Made by a program: the position numbers and the translations under genes | Assembly (NCBI RefSeq): GCF_001194135.2 | Contig: NC_068997.1 | Coordinates: 21,158,302-21,222,153, forward strand | Source: Octopus bimaculoides | Lineage: Eukaryota | DNA length: 63,852 bases | Direction of reading: 5' to 3' | Notes under the pieces: generated by a model | What the model was told of the DNA's origin: nothing | Seen by the model: only the letters and a program-made list of their open reading frames with translations | The model's database searches: none | In this document: positions 29,519 to 42,595 of the stretch, one piece after another | How the letters are laid out: each line of letters starts with the position of its first letter | Position numbering within the stretch: the first letter of the stretch is position 1

Positions 29519-29924
29519 TACTGAGAGAGAGAGAGAGAGAGAGATATGAAGGGAAGAAAAGATTTATATAGGGATATATTAAATTCATAAATGTATTTTA
29601 TAATATATATATCATCTACACATAACGTAAATGCGTATATATTATATAGAAATAATGTATATATATATGTATATATATACACACACACCAACACATGCAC
29701 AAATATATATATATATATATATATATACATACCAGCATAATGAAGATAAGGGCATTAATCTAGATAGATATCTATAAATATTCAAACGTTCAGCATTCAG
29801 CTTATTGTTCTAAGCGACTGAATGTAGAATAAATTCATGTTCATATAGTCGATCATCTGGACCCAAGTATTACTGGTATTATTTCATCGAACTGATTTTG
29901 TTTTTGTTTAGCTTTTTTCTTATT

Positions 29925-30225
29925 TTTCTTATGTTTTTGTTCAAGCCATTCTCCTGGTTAAACCCAATTGATTAGATTTATTCATTGAATTCTTCCAGCC
30001 ACCAGTATCTCATTTTTAAAGGTTTTATAGGAATACGTTATTCTGCGTAAATTTTCCTTTCTTTGAATTAGTTATGTAACCATCCTGTATTTTATTCAGA
30101 CGTTTGGGTATCTACGGTTGCATTATCTAACGTGTGTCATTTTCAAATACCGTCCAGTGAGATTTGGGAGATATTTGGCTGTTATTTCTGACAACTCATG
30201 TGACCACATAGAGACTTCACTTAGT
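29925..30225 (-). mobile_element. Degenerate family C retroposon
   Basis: Reverse complement contains GAAATAACAGCCAAATATCTCCCAAATC and GGATGGTTAC segments like other C copies. Confidence 0.6.
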
Positions 30226-30701
30226 TTGCTAGGAGTACGTCCATGGAGTAGAAGTTACTAGTATTGATGTATAGAGTCAAAGGTGACGTGTAACGGAGGG
30301 AGGTGGTGGTGGTGGTGGTGGTGATGGATGTCTTGAAATCACTGATCTCGATAAAAGGGATTCGAACTCGAAATCGAGAAGACACATTGTTACTAGCAAA
30401 GGAGACGTCTGTGGAACATCGTATACGATCGATAACTGCCCGAAGTTATCTCATGTTCAAACAATAGATTTTTTTAAAAACGAAACTAGATTGGTGAGTT
30501 TCCACTCTGACGACGATGACATCGACAATGACGATGATGATGATAACGACGATGACGATGATGATGATGATGACGACGACGACGACAGGCAAACGATGAT
30601 GGTGTTGAGGATGACTATGATGAACGATATTCATGACGGTGATGATTTTGACGAAGGAGAATGATGATGATGTTGAGAACGACGTTGATAGTCATGTTCC
30701 T

Positions 30702-30736
<35 letters not shown>

Positions 30737-30808
30737 AAGGATGATGACGACGACGATGCTGATGACGAGGACGACGATGATGTGGTTGATGAGGTATTAT
30801 GATGATCG

Positions 30809-30845
<37 letters not shown>

Positions 30846-30974
30846 CGGCGACAATGGTGAGGATGGAAGGGACGATCACCCGCATCATCATCACAATGGG
30901 GAATGCTGAGTGACAAGGATAACCATGACGAATTGCAATGATGGCGACGCAGACAATGATCAGGATAATATTTT

Positions 30975-31189
30975 TTTTCTACAATGGGCACAACTGCCTG
31001 AAATTTGAGGGGAAGCGGTTAGCCGATTACATTGTCTCCATCGCTAGGCTGATATTTTATTTTATCAACGCCGAAAGGATGAAAGGCTAAGATGACCTTG
31101 GTCACATTTGAACTCAGAACAAAAAGTCAGAAGAAATTCTGTTAAACATTTTGTTCGACTCACTAACGATTCTATCAGCTCGTTGCCTT
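30975..31189 (-). mobile_element. SINE-B copy (array member 1)
   Basis: CCGAAAGGATGAAAGGCTAAG..TTTGAACTCAGAAC..CTAACGATTCTATCAGCTCGTTGCCTT. Confidence 0.9.
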
Positions 31190-31200
31190 AACAGTAATAT

Positions 31201-31233
31201 TCTTTTGTGCTATAGGCTCAAGGCCCTCAATCT

Positions 31234-31314
<81 letters not shown>

Positions 31315-31469
31315 TGCATCGACCCCAGTGCTTGGCTGGTACTTACTTTATCGATGCCGAAAGGATGAAAGGCAAAGTCAACCTCGAAGGAATTTGAACC
31401 GTAAAGACGGACAAAATGCTACGAAACATTTTGTCCTATGTGCTAACGATTCTGCTAGTTCACCGCCTT
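31201..31469 (-). mobile_element. SINE-B copy (array member 2) with internal (GA)n expansion at 31239-31308
   Basis: Full B body and head; the (GA)n lies where other copies carry a short GGGGAGGGG purine tract. Confidence 0.9.
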
Positions 31470-31486
31470 AATGATAATAATTATAA

Positions 31487-31701
31487 TCTTTTCTACAATA
31501 GGCACAAGACCTGAAATTTTATTTGGTGGGGATAGATGATAACATCAAGCCTTGTATTCGACTGGTACTTATTTTATCGACCCTGAAAGGATGAAAGGTT
31601 GAGTCGACCTCGTCAGAATTTGAACTTAGAACGTGCAGACGGACGAAATCCTGCTGAGCATTTAGCCCGGCGATCTAACAACTTTGCCAGCTCACCGCCT
31701 T
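31487..31701 (-). mobile_element. SINE-B copy (array member 3)
   Basis: TTTTCTACAATAGGCACAAG tail end; CTTTGCCAGCTCACCGCCTT head end; followed by a long (AAT)n to about 31820. Confidence 0.9.
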
Positions 31702-31711
31702 AATGATGAGG

Positions 31712-31783
<72 letters not shown>

Positions 31784-32128
31784 GTAGTAATAAAAATAAT
31801 AATAATAATAATAATAATAATGTTGGACTTTTCGTCCACGATGTTAGTCGGAGATCGTCTTCCTGATGATCTTGTGGCTACGATGATCTTGTTGTTGTTC
31901 TAGATTAGTAACCAGGTGAGCTCTGTTGAGGCAGATCTACGATGAAAGACCTTCCAGCTGTGACCACCACCTCTAGCCCTCCATTATCCCCCCCCCACCG
32001 TATTAAACATATCCTAACCACTTAAGGACCATAAATTTGTAATTTGGGAGACCCGGTAGAGCGTCCCTCGTTGCATGTACTTGTTAGTGTTGTTGTTCTT
32101 CTCCTTGTTATTATTGTTGTTACTGTCG

Positions 32129-32163
<35 letters not shown>

Positions 32164-32569
32164 GCTGTTTGTGTTATTGTTGCTAGTAGTGAAAATCTGC
32201 TGAAAGAAATTTAATAAATAACAAATTTATATTAAAAAAAAATAATAAAAACAGAAGAATTCAGAAACTGTTTATGCTTATGGTGGATTATATCAGAAAA
32301 CTTCTAAAAACATGTTCTTTAAATTGTAATTTTTTTTTTTTTTCATGTTTTCCTATTATTTCGGTGGTAGTAGTAGTGGTGGTGGTGATTGGGGTGTTAT
32401 TTAATTTAGTTTCATTTTTGTTTGTTTTGTTTTATATTTTGCTTTGTTTTGTGTTGTTTTTTGTTAATTTTTCATTCCAGAATCAATTTACAACAGCTAA
32501 GAGCTTATCGATACATCTAAACCCTAAATGAAATCCATTTTAAATTTTATAATCATTATCACCAGTTTT

Positions 32570-32575
32570 AAATGA

Positions 32576-32626
<51 letters not shown>

Positions 32627-33012
32627 TATAATTATAATAATAATGATGATAATAATGATGATAATAATGATAACAACAACGATGACGGTTGTGGTGGTGG
32701 TGGTGGTGGTGAAGACAGTGATGATGATGACGATGGTAATGCTGCTGATGACGATGATGATGATGATGGCGTTCGAGAGTGGTGGTGGTGATGACGACGA
32801 CGACGACAATGATGATGATGATGATGATGATGATGGAAGGGGTGGTGGCGGTTGTGGTTGTGGTGGTGGTGGTGGTGGTGATACGCGTTGACTAATAGCG
32901 ATTAAGCTTTTGTACAAAGAGTTTAAATTACACCAAAGCATTACATGTCTTAGATGTTATCTCCAAGCTTCCTTTCTACAGTTTGTTGTTGTTGTTGTCG
33001 TTGCTTTTGTTG

Positions 33013-33073
<61 letters not shown>

Positions 33074-33075
33074 GC
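32570..33075. repeat. (AAT)/(GAT)/(GGT)/(GAC) mosaic and (TTA)n
   Basis: Directly visible. Confidence 0.9.
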
Positions 33076-34618
33076 GATGTTTGTTTGCTTGTTTTTTTAA
33101 TTTTTTTTTTGTTTAAATTGGATATAATTTTANNNNNNNNNNNNNNNNNNNNNNNNNNNNNNNNNNNNNNNNNNNNNNNNNNNNNNNNNNNNNNNNNNNN
33201 NNNNNNNNNNNNNNNNNNNNNNNNNNNNNNNNNNNNNNNNNNNNNNNNNNNNNNNNNNNNNNNNNNNNNNNNNNNNNNNNNNNNNNNNNNNNNNNNNNNN
33301 NNNNNNNNNNNNNNNNNNNNNNNNNNNNNNNNNNNNNNNNNNNNNNNNNNNNNNNNNNNNNNNNNNNNNNNNNNNNNNNNNNNNNNNNNNNNNNNNNNNN
33401 NNNNNNNNNNNNNNNNNNNNNNNNNNNNNNNNNNNNNNNNNNNNNNNNNNNNNNNNNNNNNNNNNNNNNNNNNNNNNNNNNNNNNNNNNNNNNNNNNNNN
33501 NNNNNNNNNNNNNNNNNNNNNNNNNNNNNNNNNNNNNNNNNNNNNNNNNNNNNNNNNNNNNNNNNNNNNNNNNNNNNNNNNNNNNNNNNNNNNNNNNNNN
33601 NNNNNNNNNNNNNNNNNNNNNNNNNNNNNNNNNNNNNNNNNNNNNNNNNNNNNNNNNNNNNNNNNNNNNNNNNNNNNNNNNNNNNNNNNNNNNNNNNNNN
33701 NNNNNNNNNNNNNNNNNNNNNNNNNNNNNNNNNNATATATACGTATACATATCTATGTATGTGCGTATGTACAGGGAGAGAGATGGTGGAGAGAGAGTAC
33801 TATTTAATTAAATGTGAAGCCGTATTTTCCCCTTAAACCAACAGCTTGTAAATGAGATTCCGTTTTATTGATTTACATATTTATTTTTTTCCCTCTTTTT
33901 ATTACGGGTCCCCTTTATCCCTTTATTTCTGTCAGTTTTCATAATTAACCGTTGTATACTTAGCGATGAGTTTACCTCACACACTTCTTTCTGGCTATCC
34001 ATTTAACCACAGATACGTCAACATTTGTTCTTCCAATACATTAACAAAATATTCTTCCTTTAGTAACAGACGCTACACTGGATCAAGCTGAGGTATTTCA
34101 ATCCCTAAACACACAAGCAAACAAGCACGCACACATATATGCATATGCAGACACACAAAGAAATACTTAGACGCATACATGTGTACACACACAGACGCTA
34201 GCAGACATACATCAATGGATGCTTGCATATGCAAACTATGGCAGTTCCATACACAATAATGACACCAGAACACACGCATACACGCACGAGCACAAACACT
34301 CATATGTACATACACACACTAGCTCATATACCCCAATGGCTCCTTTTATAGGCAAAGAATAGTAGTTGTATACGCAGTCATACCACCACGTAACCATACA
34401 AACTCAGTCGTACATTCACTGAGACACATACAAACACACACACATAGACATACACACACAGAGTCAACTAACCAGTGAGGGAGTCACAATGGGCTCACTC
34501 AGCTTGCTAGAAACAGAAGCCATGCACATATTTATCACTTCACACCCTATCCTCATTTATAAAAGCGAAGAACACATAGCACAATAAAGTCTGTACGCAA
34601 GGCAAATGAAAAAATAAA

Positions 34619-34830
34619 TCTTTTCTACTCTAGGCACAAGGCCCGAAATTTTGGGGGAGGGGGCCAGTCGATTAGATCGACCTCAGTATGCAACTGGTAC
34701 TTAATTTGTCAACCCCCGAGAGGATGAAAGGCAAAGTTGACCTTGGCGGAATTTGAACTCAGAACGTAAAGACAGACGAAATACCACTAAGCATTTCGCC
34801 CGCCGCGCTAACGTTTCTGCCGCCTCGCCA
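34619..34830 (-). mobile_element. Relatively young SINE-B copy
   Basis: TTTTCTACTCTAGGCACAAGGCCCGAAATTTT..GGATGAAAGGCAAAGTTGACCTTGGCGGAATTTGAACTCAGAACG..CTAACGTTTCTGCC. Confidence 0.92.
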
Positions 34831-34855
34831 TCTTACATATACACATACATTATAC

Positions 34856-34947
<92 letters not shown>

Positions 34948-35247
34948 TCATACACACACATGGTGATCGCTCCATTCTCACAGTTCGATGCCGTCGCCTT
35001 GTGCTTCCTCGCTGTCAGTAGCATCTCTGACATTCCGCCCATGACCTTTCAGAGGACCATTTGGTCAGATTGTATAACTGCATGACTTGAAGCATGAGTG
35101 ATATAGACCAGAGCTGCAACTTACGGCACACTTCCGACTGGCTAGGTCCTCCCATGTCGCCACTCATCCACCACCATAGGATGTTCAGGAGATGGAATGA
35201 TAAATGAGATCACACCAAAAAGAACACCTGTATATCATTGGATTATA

Positions 35248-35482
35248 GTGATAACCGCTTGCTTCCTAATTACATGGTTCCAGGTTCAGTCTCACTGCGT
35301 AGCACCTTGGGCAAGTGTCTTCTACTATTGCCTCGAGCAATCGTTGTATGTATGCATTTAGGTGTATAAATGTGTGTGTATGCATTTGTGATATAATACG
35401 TGTGTGTGTATGTGTGTGTGTGTATGGTTGTTCCCTCACCACCACTTGACAACCGGTGCATGTTTGTTTACGTTCCCATACA
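35248..35482 (+). mobile_element. Internally deleted SINE-A copy
   Basis: GGTTCAGTCTCACTGCGTAGCACCTTGGGCAAGTGTCTTCTACTAT, microsatellite, CACCACTTGACAACCGGTGC. Confidence 0.85.
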
Positions 35483-35711
35483 TTCGACTCTCTGGATCAC
35501 TGTGATTTGTGCCTAATGACGAGCCAAAAAAAGACGACTAGTAACGAAATGCTTTTATATCAGTGTTTTTTCTCTCCTAAAAGGACGCTTTGACAATTGC
35601 TTGGGTTCCCTGAATCCCGGTGGTTTTACTGCGCCCCCTGACACCTACCAAGGATATTTCTGCGTCCCCGTGTTCACATGAGTTGTCATCACATATGTTA
35701 GTCAACCCATA

Positions 35712-35850
35712 GCTGATACCCTGACGGGTGCTACAACTCCAGGTTAGAGTGGTCTTGAGAACAAGAGTAGCTAGGAGGTTCCACATTCGCTGAAAGCCTG
35801 GAAATTCCGGAACAGAGCCTCAGTACCAGTTGTCGTTTCAAGTCATACGC
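35712..35850. mobile_element. Old interspersed-repeat fragment
   Basis: CCCTGACGGGTGCTACAACTCCAGGTTAGAGTGG..GAGCCTCAGTACCAG..GTCATACGCAGGACAC resembles a molluscan repeat I recall; single copy here, unverified. Confidence 0.35.
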
Positions 35851-35939
35851 AGGACACACACACACGCACACACATATATATATATATATAAACGTGACGT
35901 AAAACTATTCTATACATATTGAAGAGCTAATTATGATTA

Positions 35940-36253
35940 ATAATAAAGATAATAATAATAATAATAATAGAAGAAGAAGAAGAAGAAGAAGAAGAAGAAG
36001 AAGAAGAAGAAGAAGAAGAAGAAGAAGAAGAAGAAGAAGAAGANNNNNNNNNNGAAGAAGAAGAAGAAGAAGAAGAAGAAGAAGAAGAAGAAAAGAAAAA
36101 GAAGAAGAAGAAGTATTGTCTGTTGCTTACTCCGAGTTCTATAATCATATAAAGCGAGGTGTATACAATATATCAAGTAAAGATTTAAAACAAAATATCG
36201 AATTATAAATAGTATATATAAAGAAATGAAAGGGTAATATAGAAAGTGAAAGA

Positions 36254-36297
<44 letters not shown>

Positions 36298-36504
36298 CAC
36301 ATAGAGAAACAGAGAGACAGACAGAGACAGAGAGAAAGACAGAGACAGAGGGAGTAAGATTAAGTTTGCCGAGGATAAAGAAACAGGGTTGGAAAAAATG
36401 GAATATACGATTAAACATATACACACATACACACACACATCTATATATACATACATACATAAGTACATATATTCATGCATACATATAGAAATATACGTTT
36501 ATAC

Positions 36505-36558
<54 letters not shown>

Positions 36559-36838
36559 ACGTATTCATGTATTCATACATTATACAGAGCTACCAGAGAG
36601 AAATAAGGAGACAACGGGGTAAATGTAAAAACANNNNNNNNNNNNNNNNNNNNNNNNNNNNNNNNNNNNNNNNNNNNNNNNNNNNNNNNNNNNNNNNNNN
36701 NNNNNNNNNNNNNNNNNNNNNNNNNNNNNNNNNNNNNNNNNNNNNNNNNNNNNNNNNNNNNNNNNNNNNNNNNNNNNNNNNNNNNNNNNNNNNNNNNNNN
36801 NNNNNNNNNNNNNNNNNNNNNNNNNNNNNNNNNNNNNN

Positions 36839-36906
<68 letters not shown>

Positions 36907-37033
36907 CACACAGAGAGAGACATATACACACAGAGAGAGACATATACACACAGAGACAGACAGACGAAGGAGTGACAGAGAGAGGAAGAAAGAGGCAGAA
37001 ATATAGTGCGAGAAAGAAAAGAAACATATTTGT

Positions 37034-37084
<51 letters not shown>

Positions 37085-37140
37085 AAAGAAAAGAAGAAAG
37101 AAAGAAAAAACGTAAAGAAAAGAAAAGAAAGCAGGAATAG
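35940..37140. repeat. (AAT)n, (AAG)n, (GA)n, (TA)n, a ~20-bp unit GAGAGAGACATATACACACA (3 units) and (GAAA)n
   Basis: Directly visible. Confidence 0.9.
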
Positions 37141-37855
37141 AAAATAATAGAAAGAGTTATGAGAATTATGATATCGATGGAAAATGGTAGTGTTTAAAGT
37201 GACACAAGAAAATACAAAAAAAAAAAAATACACAGAATAAATATAAAAAACAAAAAAATAGCAACGACAAAAAAAAATAATCATTATCCATTGCATACAG
37301 ATAGAAAGTCACATACACTCATACGATAATAGATATTTATACACATTAAAAGGCGATTCAATACAAACACATATTGCACACAAGCAGTTCCTCACACAAA
37401 TGATTAGACATACAAAAGACCATTCATAGTTATATATTAAACATATATTCACACAATCGTTTTCTCACATAAAAAGTATATACGCATTATTCACACTCGT
37501 ATACTACCGGCTATTCACACAAGTGGCGTTTCACACGTATTTTTTACACATACACGTAATTATATATGCATACGTACATACAGACAAACGCGCGAATACA
37601 TACATACGTATAGATACATACACGTATGCATACAAAGCGATTACTTATACAAACATTTAATACAAAGAGTCACTCCAGTTTGAAAGAAATATATTTCTTA
37701 TCAACAGAGCAATCGTTGTACGTATGTGTGTGTACATATATGTACGTATATGAATCTATGTACGCTGGCGTGTGTATATATGTGTGTATGCGTGCGTGGT
37801 ATAATTTATATATAATGCATATATAATTTATATGCAATATATTCACACACACAAG

Positions 37856-37896
<41 letters not shown>

Positions 37897-38072
37897 ACAC
37901 ACACACATACACTCGTATATGAATTGTTTTTTGTTCGACAGAAAGTTACAAGTGACTCAAGTGCCCAGAGTATCGTGGAGTCGGTTTTGATAAACGCTAT
38001 GCGCCAAACACTCGACCATCCAATACGCTTTGTAACTTTGTGCCAATTAAAATTAATAAAAATGCAAACATA

Positions 38073-38350
38073 ACGCAGGCGTGGCTGTGTGATAAGAAGC
38101 TTGCTTCCTAATTACATGGTTCCAAGTTCAGTCCCACTACGTGGCACCTTGGGCAAGTGTCTTCTACTATAACTCCGTATATTGGTGTGTAAATGTGTAT
38201 GTATGCGGGTGTGTGTGCCTCTTTAGTTTGTGTTTGCCCCACCACCACCACCACCACTTGACATCCGATGCTTGTTTGTTAGCATTCCTATAGCTTAGCG
38301 ATTCGACATAAGAGAACGATAGAATATGTATCATCAGCCTTTACAAAAAG
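38073..38350 (+). mobile_element. Internally deleted SINE-A copy
   Basis: GCAGGCGTGGCTGTGTG head, CACCTTGGGCAAGTGTCTTCTACTAT, later GAGAACGATAGAATA. Confidence 0.88.
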
Positions 38351-39412
38351 AAGTAGCCCTGTCTGTCTCCCTTCAGTTGCCACATCTTTAATGTTTCTTT
38401 TGGGTCAAGGGTACTGAGATTGAGAATGTGTCTATGTCTGCTCGCAACTACATAAGCACCCAAAAATGATTATTAATACATAATTACGATTAGTAAATGT
38501 CATCAAGCCGTACTCGCTCGCGAGTGACGGCTGATTGTATTTCTACTTTTATACATACTCATACAGGTGAAGTGAGCATAATTAGATACTGCTCCCTTTT
38601 TAACAAAGTACGAACGCCCTAATGTAGGGATGAATTGGAAACAGGGTTGTGTGATGTTCGTGCATTAACCAGAAGCATTAGTATGTATGTGTGTGTGTAG
38701 GCGGGCTCGCTTATGTGGCGGTCTGAAATTTGCAGCTCTGTAATTTCAATATTCTCGGACAATTGCAAACACGAAGCAGTCGGGGTACTTTTTCCATCCA
38801 AGAGCATAATAAACATACATACTTTAAAACACAGCTGACATAATATATATTATGTTATCTTTCATAACAATTTCCGTTTAATCGCCGTCTGTCAAATTCC
38901 TGGAGACGAATACCATTTTGTCTTGTTAGAACTAAAATTGATGGCCATGAAAGAGACTCCAATTTTGTCATAACTCGTTTATATAACTAAAATTGATGGG
39001 TATGTAGGGATCTCCCCGTCTTCACCGTAATCTTGTAGTAACCCGTTTGTATTAAACTGAAAGACAACGTTTATCATACTGTAAATGTTAGTGACCTTCA
39101 ATTCTGAAAAGTTTAAGGGACGAGAAAAAGCGGGTCAAATGCTATTACATTATAAATAAAAGACTGTAAAATGTCGTGTAAATATCCACGTGTCTATTGA
39201 AGCGGCGCAAATTGAGATAACGTTTAGACCATTAAGCGAGTTTGCTCCTTTAAAGGCTTTAACCGTTACGTTAAGATGGTACTGGGGAAACAAACACGGA
39301 GCCAAGTTTGACTAACCTCTTCTTACATTTTTATTTACCACTGTGTTGGGTCTTTGAGAAGATTCCAGTGATTTCGCGTGTGTGTGTGTGTGGAAGGAAG
39401 GAACGAAGGAAT

Positions 39413-39454
39413 GAACGAACGAACGAACGAACGAACGAACGAACGAACGAACGA
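39413..39454. repeat. (GAAC)n tetranucleotide microsatellite
   Basis: Directly visible. Confidence 0.95.
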
Positions 39455-39703
39455 AGGTTGCCTATATTTCAAATAGAATTTTGAATTCAATTAAAACATC
39501 GGTTTGTCTCAAATGACTGGTACCTGAGTGAAGGTGATTGACCAAACTCAAAAATAAACAGTCTGAAAAATTACAGATATTGATCTCTTCCGCGGGTGTA
39601 TTAGTTCCCTATTTGCGAAGATGAAGGATAATATCGATTTGCTTGACTTTAGTATATTACTTCTATTTGCGTAACTAATATGGAGGAAACGCAAGGCACT
39701 CAC

Positions 39704-39787
39704 TGTCCGTTTGTCTGTCCGTCTCTTTCTCTCTTTTTTTCTCTCTCTCTCGCTTTCTTTCACTCCCCTCTCTCTCTTTTTCTGACC
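39704..39787 (-). other. Candidate 84-nt purine-rich exon (unverified)
   Basis: Acceptor TTTTAATTTTACAG|G and donor CA|GTGAGT; phase-0 frame is open (GQKKRERG..DKRT). Confidence 0.25.
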
Positions 39788-39892
39788 CTGTAAAATTAAA
39801 ATGCATTAATAGGAATATTGTAATGTAATTTATATTCAGCGTTACGGTTCTTGGTCAACTCAAGATTTTATAAATATCAAGGATCTTTTTGC

Positions 39893-40305
39893 CAAGCAGG
39901 CATGGCTGTGAGGTTAAGAAGCTCGCTTTGTAACCACGTGGTTTTGGGTTCAATCCCACTGCTCGGTACCTTACGTAAGTGTCTTCTACTTCAGTCTCGG
40001 GCTGAACAATGCTTTTCAAGTAAATTCGATAGACGGAATCTGCGTAGAAGCCCGTGTACGTATATCTATCTATCTGTTTACCCTCCCCCCACTGTCTATG
40101 TGCCTGTTTATCTATCTATTTATCTATCTATATTATGTATCTTTGTGTTTGCCTCTCACAACTGCTAGACAGCCAGTGTTAGTTCTTCGGCAAAAAAGAA
40201 CGATAGAATAAATACCACGCTTAAAGAAAATAAAGTACTGAGGTCGGTAAGCACTGCTCCCACAAGGCCGTAATCTAATGACTAATACAAGACAACAGAT
40301 AAAAA
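39893..40305 (+). mobile_element. Degenerate near-full-length SINE-A copy
   Basis: GCAGGCATGGCTGTGAGGTTAAG head, AAGTGTCTTCTAC, GACGGAATCTG..GAAGCCCGT, internal (TATC)n, decayed tail. Confidence 0.85.
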
Positions 40306-40489
40306 TATGTATCATTTTTCTGTGATATTCTTAAGTTATTTATATTCTAAATACATATTTGTTTTATTAAGATATCCTAAATATATTTTGCGATATTGTA
40401 ATAAAGGTTATTTATTTGCAACTCCTTTAGGCTCTGTCATCTGCGAGCATAATCATGCAGCATCAAGTCCGTTTAAATCTAGTCATCAA

Positions 40490-40735
40490 TGAGCGAGTGA
40501 GCCAGCCACATCATCTCATTCGGCTTGCTGAAAATAGTAGCTAAATCTCCGAAACATCAAAGCTTGCCATCTTAAGAAAATAGAGAAACAGAAGCTACTT
40601 TGAAATTATTATTATGCACTTTTAGATGTGCTATGTTTGACATATAAGACGGAGTAGCCACGACTGCAACGCATTTGGTTACTATAGATCTGATGCTAGG
40701 CAAAAACAATACTAACAACATCAATAACAACTGAT
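40490..40735 (+). mobile_element. Degenerate family C retroposon
   Basis: GAAAATAGTAGCTAAATCTCC..GGAGTAGCCACGACTGCAACGC..decayed (AAC)n tail. Confidence 0.55.
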
Positions 40736-40795
40736 TTGGGTGGAATGGAAAGAGTTTGAAAATATGAACTCGATTTCAATAAAGATTCTTGTTCA

Positions 40796-41215
40796 GGCGT
40801 AGGAGTGGCTGTGTGGTAAGTAGCTTGCTTACCAACCACATGGTTCCGGGTTCAGTCCCACTGCGTGGCACCTTGGGCAAGTGTCTTCTACTATAGCCTC
40901 GGGCCGACCAAAGCCTTGTGAGTGGATTTGGTAGACGGAAACTGAAAGAAGCCCGTCGTATATATGTATATATATATGTGTGTGTATGTGCGTGTTTGTG
41001 TGTCTGTGTTTCTCCCCCCAACATCGCTTGACAACCGATGGTGGTGTGTTTACGTCCCCGTAACTTAGCGGTTCGGCAAAAGATACCGATAGAATAAGTA
41101 CTAGGCTTCTTCCAAAGAATAAGTCCTGGGGTCGATTTGCTCGACTAAAGGCGGTGCTCCAGCATGGCCGCAGTCAAATGACTGAAACAAGTAAAAGAGT
41201 AAAAGAGTAAAAGAG
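40796..41215 (+). mobile_element. Young full-length SINE-A (tRNA head, CORE-like segment, internal microsatellite, (GAGTAAAA)n tail)
   Basis: A-box TGGCTGTGTGG, B-box GGTTCAGTCCC, CACCTTGGGCAAGTG (CORE-like, recalled from MIR/CORE-SINEs), tail shared with 17768-17897. Confidence 0.95.
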
Positions 41216-42377
41216 GCTTTATTAAAATGCAAAATAATACCACCAAGTCTTGAGGGCATGAGATCGGGTATTCTCTGGAGCTTCATGATGTCTGTATTTT
41301 CAGGTAGGAGGGAAAAGGGGCAGACTACGCGTAATAATGATCAACTATTAACTGAGCTCATTCTTCATAGAAGAAAAGATGTTGAACTCTCATATTGTTC
41401 CATCTATCTGTGGTCACCAAGATTATATTAGGAATGTATGAATATTGATTCGGTCTATTAAATTATAACTCAGCTAAAAAGAAATTATTGTATTAAAAAA
41501 AATGACTAATTGATTAATAGAATAATTAATGTAATGAACGACTTTAATTAATTTCATATAATAATAAAAAAAATTCATGTCATACAATATTTGTTTACAA
41601 AAGGCAAATACGTTTTGACTTTAGAATGATGTCACTTACTGAGAAAAAAAAATGGCACTTCAAACTGTTATTCACTTAATTTTTCCTGAAGTATTATTAG
41701 GAAAAGAAAAGCTACAACTTGAAATAAGCTTTATATAACTTAGCAGAAAATAATTCATAATTATATATCACTGAGGTTACGTGCTAAACTGTTAACATCA
41801 TTTTAAAAGTACGTGCGTGAGCATATTGATTATAATCTATTATACATATTACGGAGTAAAATAGCAATTTATGTACCACACTTAATGTATATACACACCG
41901 TTTATATGCAAGTTACTGTAGCTTTCGCCCGAGATAAAATCTTTTATGAATGTGCTGTATTTATCACAATATATATCAGAGACGAAAAGTAGTCCAGGCA
42001 GCCACACAAGAATATAAAGTAATATATCCTAGAATATTGTAGTTGGAAGATTAAATATAAATAAAAATAAGAACAAAGATATGGAATTATTACTTGAAAA
42101 TATTTAATGATCCTGATATTTCGAGTAAAATACCCTTTTACAAGGGCGTGGAAAGCAAGAGTGAGAGAAAAAGTATTTATGTAGTTGTTGTATCGTGCTT
42201 ATATTTTATTTTTGTTTCGTTAAAATCAGAAAAGCTATCTAGGACACTTGTACGTTGGTTGTTAGGCAATATCTCAGTAGATATATGTCCAATACGACAA
42301 TGCATTATTAATAAACTCGCGTAACGAAGTGCATTATTGCTGACAAAGTTTAATTGGCCATACAAATATAACAATAA

Positions 42378-42582
42378 CCCCTTCTACTATAGGCACAAAG
42401 CCTAAAATTTTGCAGGTGGGTGCTAGTCGATTACATCGGCCCCCAATGCTCAGACAGTACTTATTGTATCCCCAAATGGACGAAAGCACAAGCGATCTCG
42501 GCGAAATTTGAACTACATGAAGACGGATGAAATGCCGCTAAGCATTTCGTCTGATATACTATCGATTCTGCCAGCTCGTAGC
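42378..42582 (-). mobile_element. SINE-B copy
   Basis: CTTCTACTATAGGCACAAAG tail end; CGATTCTGCCAGCTCG head end. Confidence 0.85.
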
Positions 42583-42595
42583 GGTACATGTAGTA

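Noticed and set aside
30975-31701. Regularly spaced repeats suggesting a CRISPR or satellite array
   Set aside because: Units are ~200-bp diverged SINE copies in a eukaryotic context, with no cas genes or unique spacers.
34965-35245. Possible LINE 3' fragment
   Set aside because: No recognisable reverse-transcriptase motif in any frame I examined.
37942-38039. 10-bp inverted repeat AAAGTTACAA/TTGTAACTTT 78 nt apart
   Set aside because: Expected by chance in AT-rich DNA of this length; no TSD seen.
40796-40870. tRNA-like A/B-box sequences here and at other SINE heads
   Set aside because: They continue into SINE bodies and lack a complete cloverleaf; not tRNA genes.
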